From positions 1,472,001 through 1,536,000 of the forward strand of contig CAWFQK010000004.1 in the NCBI GenBank assembly GCA_963817955.1: 64,000 nt of DNA, read 5' to 3'. A program made the translations under genes and the position numbers. Positions 40,036-49,117 of the stretch are shown here, piece after piece; the stretch's first letter is position 1, and each line of letters opens with the position of its first letter. The notes under the pieces were generated by a model. It searched no databases. It was given only the letters and a program-made list of their open reading frames with translations, and was not told the origin of the DNA. This DNA is from an uncultured Gemmatimonadaceae bacterium. Its GTDB lineage: Bacteria; Gemmatimonadota; Gemmatimonadetes; Gemmatimonadales; Gemmatimonadaceae.

Positions 40036-42232
40036 TCAAAAGCGAAAACGACGGTAGACAATGGTCGCATCGCCATCCTGAACGGACACGACGTTCGGCG
40101 GACGCGGCGGAATGGACAGGCCAGGTATCGCCGGCAGTCCAGGCATTCGCGCTGCCAATGCGAGATCGAGCGCCGCGCCCGCCGGGATCGATAGCCTCAC
40201 GATGGTACCGGTATCCGGCACGGCCCAGTACTGCATGAGCCACTCGGGTGACCGGTACCGGTATCTGGTGGGATCCACCACGCGCCCGTCGATCGCCGAT
40301 GCCAGAACATGCACACGCGGAGCGTGCATGACGACTACCGTGTTGCCGCGCGGCACTGTCACACGCACTGTCACGCTCCGCACTCCGCTCACGAGGCTGT
40401 CGCCGATCATCACCGCATTCGGCCCCGGAAGCGGCACCACCGGCACCCTCCGGCCGAAAAAAGTCGCCGAGCGCTCGGTCACCTGCCTCATCCATCCGGA
40501 TGTTGGCCCGATAGGCCCAACCGCGTTGCGCATCCAGTCGCTGCGCACGCCTGACGCTGGGGCGAGCCAGGCTTCGCCGGAGTCGGCATTCTCGGCGTAG
40601 ATCAACGACGCGGGAGTTGGGTGCGCCGGACTGTCGTGCACCACGAACACGCCGATCGCGGCCAGAACGACCGCGCCCAGCGCGACCCACGGCGCGCCAA
40701 ACCAGCGCGCGTCGCCCGCGATCAACGCCATCAGGGGCGCGAGCAGCAGAACGATGAGCGACACGATCAATGCGAGCGCAATCGCGCCGGTGGCGAAGAC
40801 ACCGAGCATCACGACGCTTACGCCGTACGAAAGTCCAGCGAGGATGAGCACCGTCACCGCAGCCGCGATCCACGCCAGAATTCTGCTCGGCCTCAGTGCA
40901 GCGGCCGCGGCGAACAGCAATGGCCACACAAAGAGGTAGCTCGCTCCGGGAGCGCGCGCGCTCACGGCGAGCGCGAGCACCAACCACATCACGAGCGCCC
41001 CGGCGTGCAGGCCACGCAAATTGGACCATCGCCGGCCAATCGAAAGACCGCCCAAGGTGATCGCAATGACGAGTAGCACCAACGCCAGAGCATAGATCCC
41101 GCTCCATCGCGCCGGACCCACGGATCGCAGGGTAACGGCCGCTGCGACAGCGGTCGATATCACGACGGAGCCAACGGAGACGAGCACTCCGGTGAGCACA
41201 CCGCGCCGCACGCGGTATACGACGCCGCCCACGAGCACGAACGCGAGGAACGCGAGTGGCAGTGCGGCGCCCACCGGGTAGTAGACGAGTCCGATGACGG
41301 GAAGATCGAAGAACACGGCATCGCCAGTCACGGGCCGAGGCAGCGCGCCGTTCGCCAAGGTCGTTCGCCACGGCGAGCATCTGGAGTCCGTGGTGCTGCA
41401 CACTGCCGGGATTGAGATACGCGACCGCGTCGTTGCTGGTGTGGTAGCGCTCCACTCCACTGGCGAACGCGAAGTTGAGCGCAGGTAGCCCGAGTTGCGC
41501 GAACTCGGAGAGGTCGGTGTCGTTCGGCAGTACGCGGTAGACGGTGGTGAACACCGATCCGGCCGTGACGTCGCCCGCTGTGCGCAGTGCGCGTGCGGCG
41601 TCGAGATTACCAGGACCGGTCTCGAACATGAACGATCGGCCGCTCGTGCCCCTGGCCTCGAAGTTGAGGACGACCGCGACATCCTTCGCCCACGGATGCT
41701 CGCGCACGAATGCCGCGGCTCCGAGCAATCCCGCCTCTTCACCGTCGGTGAAGAGCGCGATTACGTTGTGCTCGAGCGGTTCCTTGCGTGCTCGGAGTGC
41801 GCGCAGCGTCTCGAGCAGCGCACCGACACCGGCGCCGTCGTCTGCCGCCGCCGGACTGGCGCCGACGCCGTCATAGTGCACCATCAGGAGCACGGCCTTG
41901 CCTGCCTCCTTTCCCGGCAGCAGCGCGACGATGTTCTGCACGCGTCCCGCCTCCGGATATCGGGTGCCGATGCCCGTCGCCACCTGCAGCTTTGGCGCGA
42001 GCCCGAGCGCCGTCAACTGGCCCATGATGTAGTCGCGCACCCGATCGTGATCGGCCATACCCATCGCATGCGGGCGTACCGCGATCTGGTCCACGTGGCG
42101 CATCGCGCGTTCGGCCGAAAAGACATTGTCCGGCGCGCTCGCGGGAACCGGGGCAGGCGGTCTGGCGACACGGAGCACCGAGAGGATGCAAAGAACGATC
42201 AGCGCGGCGGCACTGCTGAGGCGAGAGAGCAT
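40036..42232 (-). pseudogene. Membrane M28-family peptidase, frameshifted near 41360
   Basis: HYDGV..AADDGAG, DGEEAGLLGA, NFEARG, NDTD, YHT in one frame; TM region (VFFDLP...) continues in another frame. Confidence 0.85.
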
Positions 42233-42268
42233 GGGTAGCGGGACACGGGACACGGGACGACGACGCCC

Positions 42269-43627
42269 CTACTTGTGCCTGAAGTCCGCCGTCCCAATCC
42301 GCACGACCGTTCCGACCATAGACGTTGGGCGGCCGCTGGCTGCCGACATTTCCGCTGGCGCAGTCTCCGCCCAGATCCCGTACACTCGGCCGTCGTACGC
42401 GGTGAGCCAGGTGTAGTCGCCGAGGAACGCGTTGCGTCCCTCGAACGCGGCATCGTTCCATGCGTAGTTCGCAAAGCTCCGGCCGCCGTCGGTGGAGCGC
42501 GCGAGGGTGAATGACGTGAGCCGATTGTTCGGATCGTCGCGCCGGTCGTAGAACTGCACGTACACGTCGCCGTTCACCGGATCCACCGCGAGGAACTGGA
42601 AGAACTGGTCCCGTCCGCTATGCAGCGAATCGGTAGTGGCGCGAACGGGTTTCGACCAGGTACGTCCCTTGTCACGAGATGCGGCGACAAATGCGTCGAT
42701 GTCGCCGTTGCGGAAGTCCGTCCAGCTCAGGTAGACGTTGCTGCCATACACGCCAACCTGCGGGAAACCAAACACACGGCCCAGTCCCGGCACCGCGCCG
42801 GTGCCGCCGAAGTACGGCGGTCCCACCTGCTGCACCACACGCGATGGCGTGAAGCTCTTGCCACCATCGCTCGATGTCGCCATGACGATGGTGAGCCCCC
42901 AGTTCCAGATGGCGTAGATCGTCCCGTCGGCCGCGACGACGCCATGGAATCCGACGACGTCGCCGTTGTCGTCGCGCGGCATGCCCGCCTGTGTGCTGAT
43001 GCGAAGCGGCGCCGACCAACTCTTGCCGTGGTCGAGCGAGCGCGAGAAGAGCATGATCGACTTGTCGAGGTGCCACTCGATCCAGCCGACGTAGAGATTG
43101 CCGCTGTGAGCACTCTTTGAACCATTATCGGCAAAGATCCGTGGCATGTCCTCGTACTCCATGCCAGGCTCCTTGCCCGTGTACCAGGCGCGCACCGGCA
43201 CCGCGGCCGTGTCCCACGTCTTTCCGCCGTCGGGAGAGCGGCGCACGTAAATGCCGTTGCGGCCCGCGCCATGCCGCCAATACGAGTTCGTTCCCAGCCG
43301 GTCGAAGACGAGATAGGACAGATACGCCGCGCCGGCATTGTCGAACGCGACGGTCACATCGCCCGCTGAACGCCAGTCGGTGGGTGCGGTGCCGGTGGCC
43401 GTGGCAAAGGTGCGCCCCGAATCCGTCGAGAACACGGCGTGCGCCGGCCCCTGATACACGCCCACGATCTGCGCCGGGTTCCGTGGATTCACCGCGATAC
43501 CCGGCTCGTTGCCGCGCGCTTCAGGCGCCGAAACGTTGACGACGTATGCGCCGGGTGGATGCGGCAGCGATAGTTGCGCAGCCGCGGCGACCTGCGCGAA
43601 AAGGAGGATGAGCATAGGGGCGAACAT
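42269..43627 (-). CDS. BNR/Asp-box repeat (sialidase-family) protein
   Basis: Repeated SxDxGxTW/F (STDSGRTF, SPDGGKTW, SLDHGKSW, SSDGGKSF, SRDKGRTW, STDGGRSF); FLGDY. Confidence 0.88.
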   Translation of the reverse strand: MFAPMLILLFAQVAAAAQLSLPHPPGAYVVNVSAPEARGNEPGIAVNPRNPAQIVGVYQGPAHAVFSTDSGRTFATATGTAPTDWRSAGDVTVAFDNAGAAYLSYLVFDRLGTNSYWRHGAGRNGIYVRRSPDGGKTWDTAAVPVRAWYTGKEPGMEYEDMPRIFADNGSKSAHSGNLYVGWIEWHLDKSIMLFSRSLDHGKSWSAPLRISTQAGMPRDDNGDVVGFHGVVAADGTIYAIWNWGLTIVMATSSDGGKSFTPSRVVQQVGPPYFGGTGAVPGLGRVFGFPQVGVYGSNVYLSWTDFRNGDIDAFVAASRDKGRTWSKPVRATTDSLHSGRDQFFQFLAVDPVNGDVYVQFYDRRDDPNNRLTSFTLARSTDGGRSFANYAWNDAAFEGRNAFLGDYTWLTAYDGRVYGIWAETAPAEMSAASGRPTSMVGTVVRIGTADFRHK

Positions 43628-43661
43628 AACGCCCCCAGCCCGCGGCAACCAGCAATCAACA

Positions 43662-43700
43662 ATCAGAAACGGGCCGGGCTGACGAATCAGCCCGGCCCGT
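43662..43700 (-). terminator. Rho-independent terminator
   Basis: ACGGGCCGGGCTGA-TTCG-TCAGCCCGGCCCGT-TTCTGATT, just downstream of the stop at 43723. Confidence 0.8.
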
Positions 43701-43722
43701 CTCATTGCCCGTACGCGGACGC

Positions 43723-44208
43723 TTACTGCTTCACAAACGCCATCTTCATGTTCATCGATTGCCCCGCGACACTCACGTTGCGCTCGAGGCGCATCGTCTT
43801 GCCGTCCTTGTCGAGGCTCCAATGATCCACCTGCTCGAGCGCTTGACCGCCACCAAGGTCAGCCTTGGTCGTCACGACGAGCGCCGCGCCATCCCACGCG
43901 CTCGTGGACACCAGATCGAGCGATCCGTTCGGCGCCGACACGCTGCTCTTCGCTGGCGATCCGTCGAGGTTGAACGTCTGCGATACGGTCTGGTCGCCCA
44001 TGGGCGTGGCCGCCGCGGTTTCCACCTTCATGGTCTTGGCGTCTTGCGTGACGTTCATCGTCATGGATGTCGGAACCATGCCGGTGCCACCCTCGACGGT
44101 CTTGGTGTCGAGCGACCACTTACCCGAGAAATCGGGGTGCGACGCCTGCGCGGCGACAGGCGAGGCGAGGACTGCAAACGCAAAAACGGTAGATACTAAG
44201 CGGCGCAT
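43723..44208 (-). CDS. Secreted hypothetical protein (lipocalin-like beta-barrel)
   Basis: Signal peptide; PDFSGKWSLD, WDGAALVV, WSLDKDGKTM. Confidence 0.75.
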   Translation of the reverse strand: MRRLVSTVFAFAVLASPVAAQASHPDFSGKWSLDTKTVEGGTGMVPTSMTMNVTQDAKTMKVETAAATPMGDQTVSQTFNLDGSPAKSSVSAPNGSLDLVSTSAWDGAALVVTTKADLGGGQALEQVDHWSLDKDGKTMRLERNVSVAGQSMNMKMAFVKQ

Positions 44209-44256
44209 CAGCTCTCCATTCAGTGTATGTGCTCTTACTTGTCAGTGGATGTGCTC

Positions 44257-45597
44257 TTACTTGGACTTGCCTGCGGGCTTGGCCGGCTTGGCCGGCTTGG
44301 CCGGCTTGGCCGCCGCCTTCGTGGCGGGTTTGGCCGTGCCTGTCGCATCGATGAATACCTTGTTCTCGCCCTCCCACACAAACTTCACATTTGCGCTCTT
44401 CTCCACTTCGTTGATCGCCTGGCGCGAGGAGTCGAGTGATGCCTGAACCGATGCGTCACGATCGAGCAGCTTCGAATCGGGAACCTTGATGTCGAGGTTA
44501 TACCAGCGGGCGAGCTGGGCCATCACGTCCCGCAACTGCTTGTGCGAGACGGTGACGTTCCCGTCTACCCAGCCGAACCCTTCCGCCACTTGCTCGGGCG
44601 TCGGCGCCTTCATACTAGTAGGGTCCACGAGCAGCGATTGATTGGCCGGTACGACATTGGTCTGTTTTCCCGCCTTCACCGTCACCGACCCCTCGCGCAC
44701 CTGCACCATCACGCCGCTGTCGTTTGGATACGCCGAGATGTTAAAGCTGGTTCCCGTCGCAATGAAATGCATGTGCTTGGCGACGACATGGAACGGCAGT
44801 TTCTGGCCCGGTGCAACCTGGAAGCTCGCTGACCCTTCCACCCGTAGCGCGCGAATCTTTGTCGGGAACCCGTCCGCAATGGAGATCTTCGTTTCGGGCC
44901 CAATACGCATCTTCGTGCCGTCGGCGAGCGTCACGCTGCCGATCTGCCCATAGCTCGACGAAATCGGCTGAATTCCAGACGCACTCACCGCGGAGAGTAT
45001 GGCGTCGTCTTCGCCCAGCCGATCCACATACCAGACGACAGCCACCGACAACGCGATTGCCAGGACGGCCATGGTAATAGGCAGCGCCCACGACTTTTTC
45101 TTTGCGATGGACTTCATGTGCGCGGCAGCCTCATGCCGCCCGGTCGCTGCCACGGCAGCGTGCGTCTCCGATGCGGCCTTGCCGTCGTCATGAATCGCCT
45201 GCGACACCTGCGACCACGACCGGGCAGCATCCTCTCCTGTCGATGCCCCTTCGCGTCCGGCTTGACCGGTTTCCCGGCCGCCCTTCGTTCCGAAGCGCTG
45301 TGCCGCTGCGCGGCGGCTAACGGCGCGTACGGACCCACTATGGATCTGATCGGCTAGAAAGGACTTGAGTTGTTCGGGTGTGCCAATGGTCGCGCGCTGA
45401 CGCCAGGCATTGATGAACGCTGCCTCGACGACACGGGACGCATGCGAATCCGCATCGCCGAGCTGGCTTCGCGCGCTGGCAACGTAAGCGATGTACTCGG
45501 CGTCGAACACGCGCTTGAGCGCCTGTTCATCACTGAGCAGCGGGGTGAGAGGAGATCCAGCCAGGGCACCGCCGCGTGGGGGAACACTCGTCGACAT
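44257..45597 (-). CDS. FecR-domain protein with N-terminal sigma-70 region-2-like domain
   Basis: TM helix then VTLADGTKMRIGPET, VEGSASFQV, ATGTSFNI, VREGSV, LARWYNLDI; N-terminus resembles ECF sigma region 2. Confidence 0.85.
   Translation of the reverse strand: MSTSVPPRGGALAGSPLTPLLSDEQALKRVFDAEYIAYVASARSQLGDADSHASRVVEAAFINAWRQRATIGTPEQLKSFLADQIHSGSVRAVSRRAAAQRFGTKGGRETGQAGREGASTGEDAARSWSQVSQAIHDDGKAASETHAAVAATGRHEAAAHMKSIAKKKSWALPITMAVLAIALSVAVVWYVDRLGEDDAILSAVSASGIQPISSSYGQIGSVTLADGTKMRIGPETKISIADGFPTKIRALRVEGSASFQVAPGQKLPFHVVAKHMHFIATGTSFNISAYPNDSGVMVQVREGSVTVKAGKQTNVVPANQSLLVDPTSMKAPTPEQVAEGFGWVDGNVTVSHKQLRDVMAQLARWYNLDIKVPDSKLLDRDASVQASLDSSRQAINEVEKSANVKFVWEGENKVFIDATGTAKPATKAAAKPAKPAKPAKPAGKSK
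44274..44311. repeat. 9-bp coding tandem repeat (PAK repeats)
   Basis: GGCCGGCTT units encoding AKPAKPAKPAKPA at the FecR C-terminus. Confidence 0.85.
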
Positions 45598-45872
45598 GCA
45601 GCCTCCAAGGCTCTCAAATGTTGTCCTTATGATGGCACGAAACCCGACGACTGCAAGGGCGGAATTCCCGCAGGTGCGTCGGGAACAGCCGGAAACGCCG
45701 GTGAGGGCCGTCCGGGACTAGGCAGGCGAACCCCGGGACTTCGAGGAATTCTGCCGTTTTGGTGGACGGCCAATCCGCTTTCCTACGCGTGTGGCACTCT
45801 GCCACTTGCTCACCAGGACGGTGTTGCCGGTTTCCAAGACCAGATGGCCATCTTTTGCCAGATGGCCTCTTA

Positions 45873-45926
45873 TTTAACGCAGAGAACTGCAGTTCTCTTG
45901 CAGTTCTCTGCGACCTTTGCGTTAAA
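45873..45926. repeat. Palindromic REP-like element
   Basis: TTTAACGCAGAG...CTCTGCGACCTTTGCGTTAAA; 11/12 terminal inverted repeat with nested GAGAACTGCA/TGCAGTTCTC. Confidence 0.65.
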
Positions 45927-45944
45927 AGCTGTTCTATCGGCCAC

Positions 45945-45988
45945 AGAGATCCTTCGCTTCGCTCAGGATGACAGGCCTTCGCTCAGGT
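45945..45988 (+). repeat. REP-like repeat family B, copy 1 plus partial tandem
   Basis: AGAGATCCTTCGCTTCGCTCAGGATGACA identical to 60194-60222. Confidence 0.85.
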
Positions 45989-46210
45989 GATTGTCATGGA
46001 ACGCTGGGAGGAGTACGCGTGTGCCGCAGCACCGGCTACAAGACTGATGTAGACTCACGGGTTCCGCGAGCGGGTGGCTCGGGTGACGCGCCGCATGCGG
46101 GACGCGCAAGCCTCGGTCTTTCGATTGCGCACCGCCTCGCCAGATTGCAGCGAGTAGCGTGACGCAGCCCAACCTGGGCACTCTTCCGCCGGCCAACCGA
46201 GGCTCGGACC

Positions 46211-46573
46211 ATGATCTACGAACATCGCCGGCAACCACCCATTTCCCGCGCGCGGTTTCTCAGGCGTCTCCTCCGGCACGGAGGGTATGCCGGCGCACTC
46301 ATTCTGGGATCGGTCTGCATCGGCACGCTGGGATATCACGCGCTGGCGTCGCAGTCCTGGATTGACAGTTTCCTCAACGCGTGCATGCTGCTCGGGGGCA
46401 TGGGGCCGGTCGGCGACATTGCGACGAATGCGGGGAAGATCTTCGCCGCGCTGTTCGCGCTGTATTCCGGACTCGTGTTCCTGATCGCTGCCGCCGTCCT
46501 GTTCACGCCAGTGTTGCACCGGGTGCTGCACCGGTTCCATTGGGAGGCGGACCGGGAGAGCGGGGAGAAGTAA
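46211..46573 (+). CDS. Small membrane protein resembling a 2TM potassium-channel pore domain
   Basis: TM1-GTLGYH..SWIDSFLNACMLLGGMGP..TNAGKIFAALFALYSG-TM2. Confidence 0.7.
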   Translation: MIYEHRRQPPISRARFLRRLLRHGGYAGALILGSVCIGTLGYHALASQSWIDSFLNACMLLGGMGPVGDIATNAGKIFAALFALYSGLVFLIAAAVLFTPVLHRVLHRFHWEADRESGEK

Positions 46574-46605
46574 TCGTTATCTCCTTGGGTTCCGGGGTGT
46601 TGACT

Positions 46606-46693
46606 GGCTGGTTGTCGCTGGCTGCTCCGTACCGGTCGGCCCACCGGTCGGAGAGTTTCGAGTTTCCAGTTGTGCGTTGTGCGTTGTGCGTTT
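46606..46693 (-). repeat. Intergenic repeat family A, copy 2, with (CACAACG)n heptamers
   Basis: Reverse complement: ...ACAACTGGAAACTCGAAACTCTCCGACCGGTGGGCCGACCGGTACGGAGCAGCCAGCGACAACCAGCC. Confidence 0.88.
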
Positions 46694-46697
46694 TTGA

Positions 46698-47138
46698 CTA
46701 AGGCTTCTTCGGCGTCATCTTCATCTTCATCATCATTTCGTGATTGCCGCACGCGGCCATGGCGTCTTTGCCCTGGGCATTCATCTTGGCCATTTCCGCC
46801 TTGTGATCGGCGACGGATTTGTCGAACGTCGCCTGCTGTGCCGGCGTCAGCACGAGACGCATGGCCGTGAACGTCTTGTTCATCGATGCTTCCATTTCGC
46901 GCATGCGTACACTGTCCAGCGCCTTCATCTCCGCCATGTGCTCGGCGCGCAGCTTGGCGAACGCGCTGTCCTGTTTGGCCGTGAGATGCAGATTCGTGGG
47001 TTCCATGGGGCACGACATGGCCGACATTCCCTTCATGTCGTGGCTCATCATGGGCTTTGTGGACTTGCCGGGCATCTGCGCCGAGGCGCTGGCGGCGCTG
47101 CAGACGAGCAAGGCGGAAACAATTGAGAGACGTAGCAT
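46698..47138 (-). CDS. Met-rich periplasmic LTXXQ (Spy/CpxP/ZraP-like) protein
   Basis: Signal peptide; HLTAKQ and VLTPAQQ; about 22 Met in 146 aa. Confidence 0.7.
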   Translation of the reverse strand: MLRLSIVSALLVCSAASASAQMPGKSTKPMMSHDMKGMSAMSCPMEPTNLHLTAKQDSAFAKLRAEHMAEMKALDSVRMREMEASMNKTFTAMRLVLTPAQQATFDKSVADHKAEMAKMNAQGKDAMAACGNHEMMMKMKMTPKKP

Positions 47139-47170
47139 GCCTACTCCGTGTTGGACGATTTGGAAGCAGG

Positions 47171-47743
47171 CTACCTTGGGCCGCCATTCAACACAATCGG
47201 GGTTTGCACCACCTTGATCGTGAGATACCGGAGCGAATCGCCGGTCGCGATGCGGAACTGATGCGGCACTCCGGCCGGCACGACAAATAGGTCGCCGGTC
47301 GCCAAGGGCTGCGTCGCACCGCCGACGATCGTGCCTCCGCGGTGCTCTCCGCCTGGTTCGACACGGGCGCCGTCCAGGCGTCCACCCACCAGGATCGATC
47401 CTGTACCGGCTTGCACGATCGCCACGTCGATCCAGTGATCGTGCATCTCGGGTTCGCCGGTCGTGATGCGACGCACCACCGTCGGCCGAAACGTCGGATG
47501 TGCCCGCAACACGTGCGCGGAGGTGCTGCCGCGTGCGAGTGAGTCAGCGACGTGCGCGAGAAACGCCGCCGAATAGAACTCGATGCTCCCGGCGACAGGC
47601 GGATCGACGGGAGACACCTTGCTTGGCTGCGACGCCGCCGCGACACCGCCTTGCTGCGCCGGAGTCCGCTCGTCGTGTTGCGTCCTGCCGCACGCTGCCG
47701 TGGCGACCACCATCAACAGAAACGCTCTCGTGTGCACAGTCAT
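47171..47743 (-). CDS. Cupin-domain lipoprotein
   Basis: Lipobox TAAC; EPEMHDHWIDV and GDLFVVPAGVPHQF cupin motifs. Confidence 0.8.
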   Translation of the reverse strand: MTVHTRAFLLMVVATAACGRTQHDERTPAQQGGVAAASQPSKVSPVDPPVAGSIEFYSAAFLAHVADSLARGSTSAHVLRAHPTFRPTVVRRITTGEPEMHDHWIDVAIVQAGTGSILVGGRLDGARVEPGGEHRGGTIVGGATQPLATGDLFVVPAGVPHQFRIATGDSLRYLTIKVVQTPIVLNGGPR

Positions 47744-47756
47744 GAGTCTCCGCGTC

Positions 47757-48944
47757 CTACCGCATGTTCCCCGTGTGTCCGAGCGAGAATCGCCCTGGCT
47801 GCGGCCACACACAGAGGCCGTGGGGCTCGACGCCCACCTTGATGCGATCGATCAGTTGGCCGGTCTCGGTATCCAGTACATAGACCTCCTGATCGTATCG
47901 GCCCGACAGCCAGAGCTGCTTGCCGTCGGCGCTCACGTTCCCCATGTCAGGGCTGCCGCCATGCGGGATAGGCCACGTCGCAACGATACGTTGTGTGTTT
48001 GGATCGAGCACGGTAACGGACCCTGGCCCGCGTTTGCCGCCCAAGACGTTGTTCCAGCCGCGGTTGGTAATATAGATCGGCTTGCCGCTGCGTCCGGTCA
48101 CGATACCGTGGGTGCCCTTTCCAGTCTTGATGAAACCGATCTGTTTGAACGCGTACGGGTCAATGAGATGCACGCCGTCCGCTTTCATGTCGGCCACGTA
48201 GAACACGCGACCATCGGGCGAGGAGCGAACGTCCTGCGGCATCGCACGGCTTCCAATCTCCGATGCCAGGCGCAGATAGGCAACGGGCGCGCGCGATGCG
48301 AGATCGAACTTCACCACCTGGCCCGAGAACTCGCAACTCGCAATTGCGTACTTGTTGTCCGCGGTGAAGTCCAGGTGGTTGAGTCCGCCGCATTCGACGT
48401 GGACGGACTGGATGAGCTTCATCGTTTTGGGATCGCGAAAGTCGAAGCGGTCGCGCTTCTCGGCGATCACCATCGCCATGCTCCCGTCAGGCGTGAAGTA
48501 CATGTTGTACGGATCATCCACTGGCACGGGCGCGCCGAACTGTGCCGTGATCGGATCGATGGGGATGACGGTATTGCCGTCGTTGTCGAGCACCCACAGC
48601 GTGGACAGGTCGTACGATGGCACGACGTGCTGTGGCAGCTTCCCCACTGGCACGGTGCGCAGGATCTTGCGCGTCGCCTCGTCGATGATCGTGACGCTCT
48701 TCGAGCGCGAGTTGGGAACGTAGACGAGCGATCGCGCGCGCGCCGCAATTGGGGCGATGTCTCCCGCCGCGGTCGCTGCATAGATATTGGGCACTGCCGT
48801 ACCCGATGCGGAATCGAGCGCCGGCGCCCGCGAGAGATCGTACGTCGAGTTGTACGACACGGCGGTTGAATCCTTGCGACATGCGGAGACCGCCAGAGTC
48901 GCACAACCAAGCGCTACGGCCTTGAGACACGAGACACGAGACAC
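47757..48944 (-). CDS. YVTN/YncE-family beta-propeller lipoprotein
   Basis: Lipobox VSAC; VYVPNS..VTIID, VGKLPQHV, IYITN, VGVEPHGL; GTG start lies within a heptamer array. Confidence 0.85.
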   Translation of the reverse strand: MSRVSCLKAVALGCATLAVSACRKDSTAVSYNSTYDLSRAPALDSASGTAVPNIYAATAAGDIAPIAARARSLVYVPNSRSKSVTIIDEATRKILRTVPVGKLPQHVVPSYDLSTLWVLDNDGNTVIPIDPITAQFGAPVPVDDPYNMYFTPDGSMAMVIAEKRDRFDFRDPKTMKLIQSVHVECGGLNHLDFTADNKYAIASCEFSGQVVKFDLASRAPVAYLRLASEIGSRAMPQDVRSSPDGRVFYVADMKADGVHLIDPYAFKQIGFIKTGKGTHGIVTGRSGKPIYITNRGWNNVLGGKRGPGSVTVLDPNTQRIVATWPIPHGGSPDMGNVSADGKQLWLSGRYDQEVYVLDTETGQLIDRIKVGVEPHGLCVWPQPGRFSLGHTGNMR

Positions 48945-49086
48945 GGGACACGGGACTTGAGACGCGGATCAACGGACACGGGACGGTCAGGTTGTCAGCA
49001 AATGCTAAACCGGATCAGCACTGGTATCTCGTGTCTCGTGTCTCGTGTCCCGTGTCCCGTGTCCCGTGTCCCGTGTCCCGTGTCTC
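48924..49086. repeat. Two inverted heptamer arrays (GRGACAC)n / (GTGTCYC)n
   Basis: GAGACAC x3 + GGGACAC at 48924-48951; GTGTCTC/GTGTCCC about x8 at 49031-49086. Confidence 0.9.
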
Positions 49087-49117
49087 AGGTACGACTCTCG
49101 CAGTACTCATCACCCGC

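Noticed and set aside
39947..41345. Arg-rich C-terminal half of the 768-aa ORF
   Set aside because: Out-of-frame read-through after the frameshift; the true membrane domain is in the 40036-41742 frame.
45598..46210. Riboswitch, tRNA or small gene in the ~600-bp intergenic region
   Set aside because: No cloverleaf or riboswitch consensus recognised; short ORFs lack RBS or coding features; only REP-like palindromes are supported.
48992..49117. N-terminal extension SRVSCPVSRVPCPV of the glycosyltransferase
   Set aside because: It is just the translation of the heptamer array; the likely start is ATG 49118.
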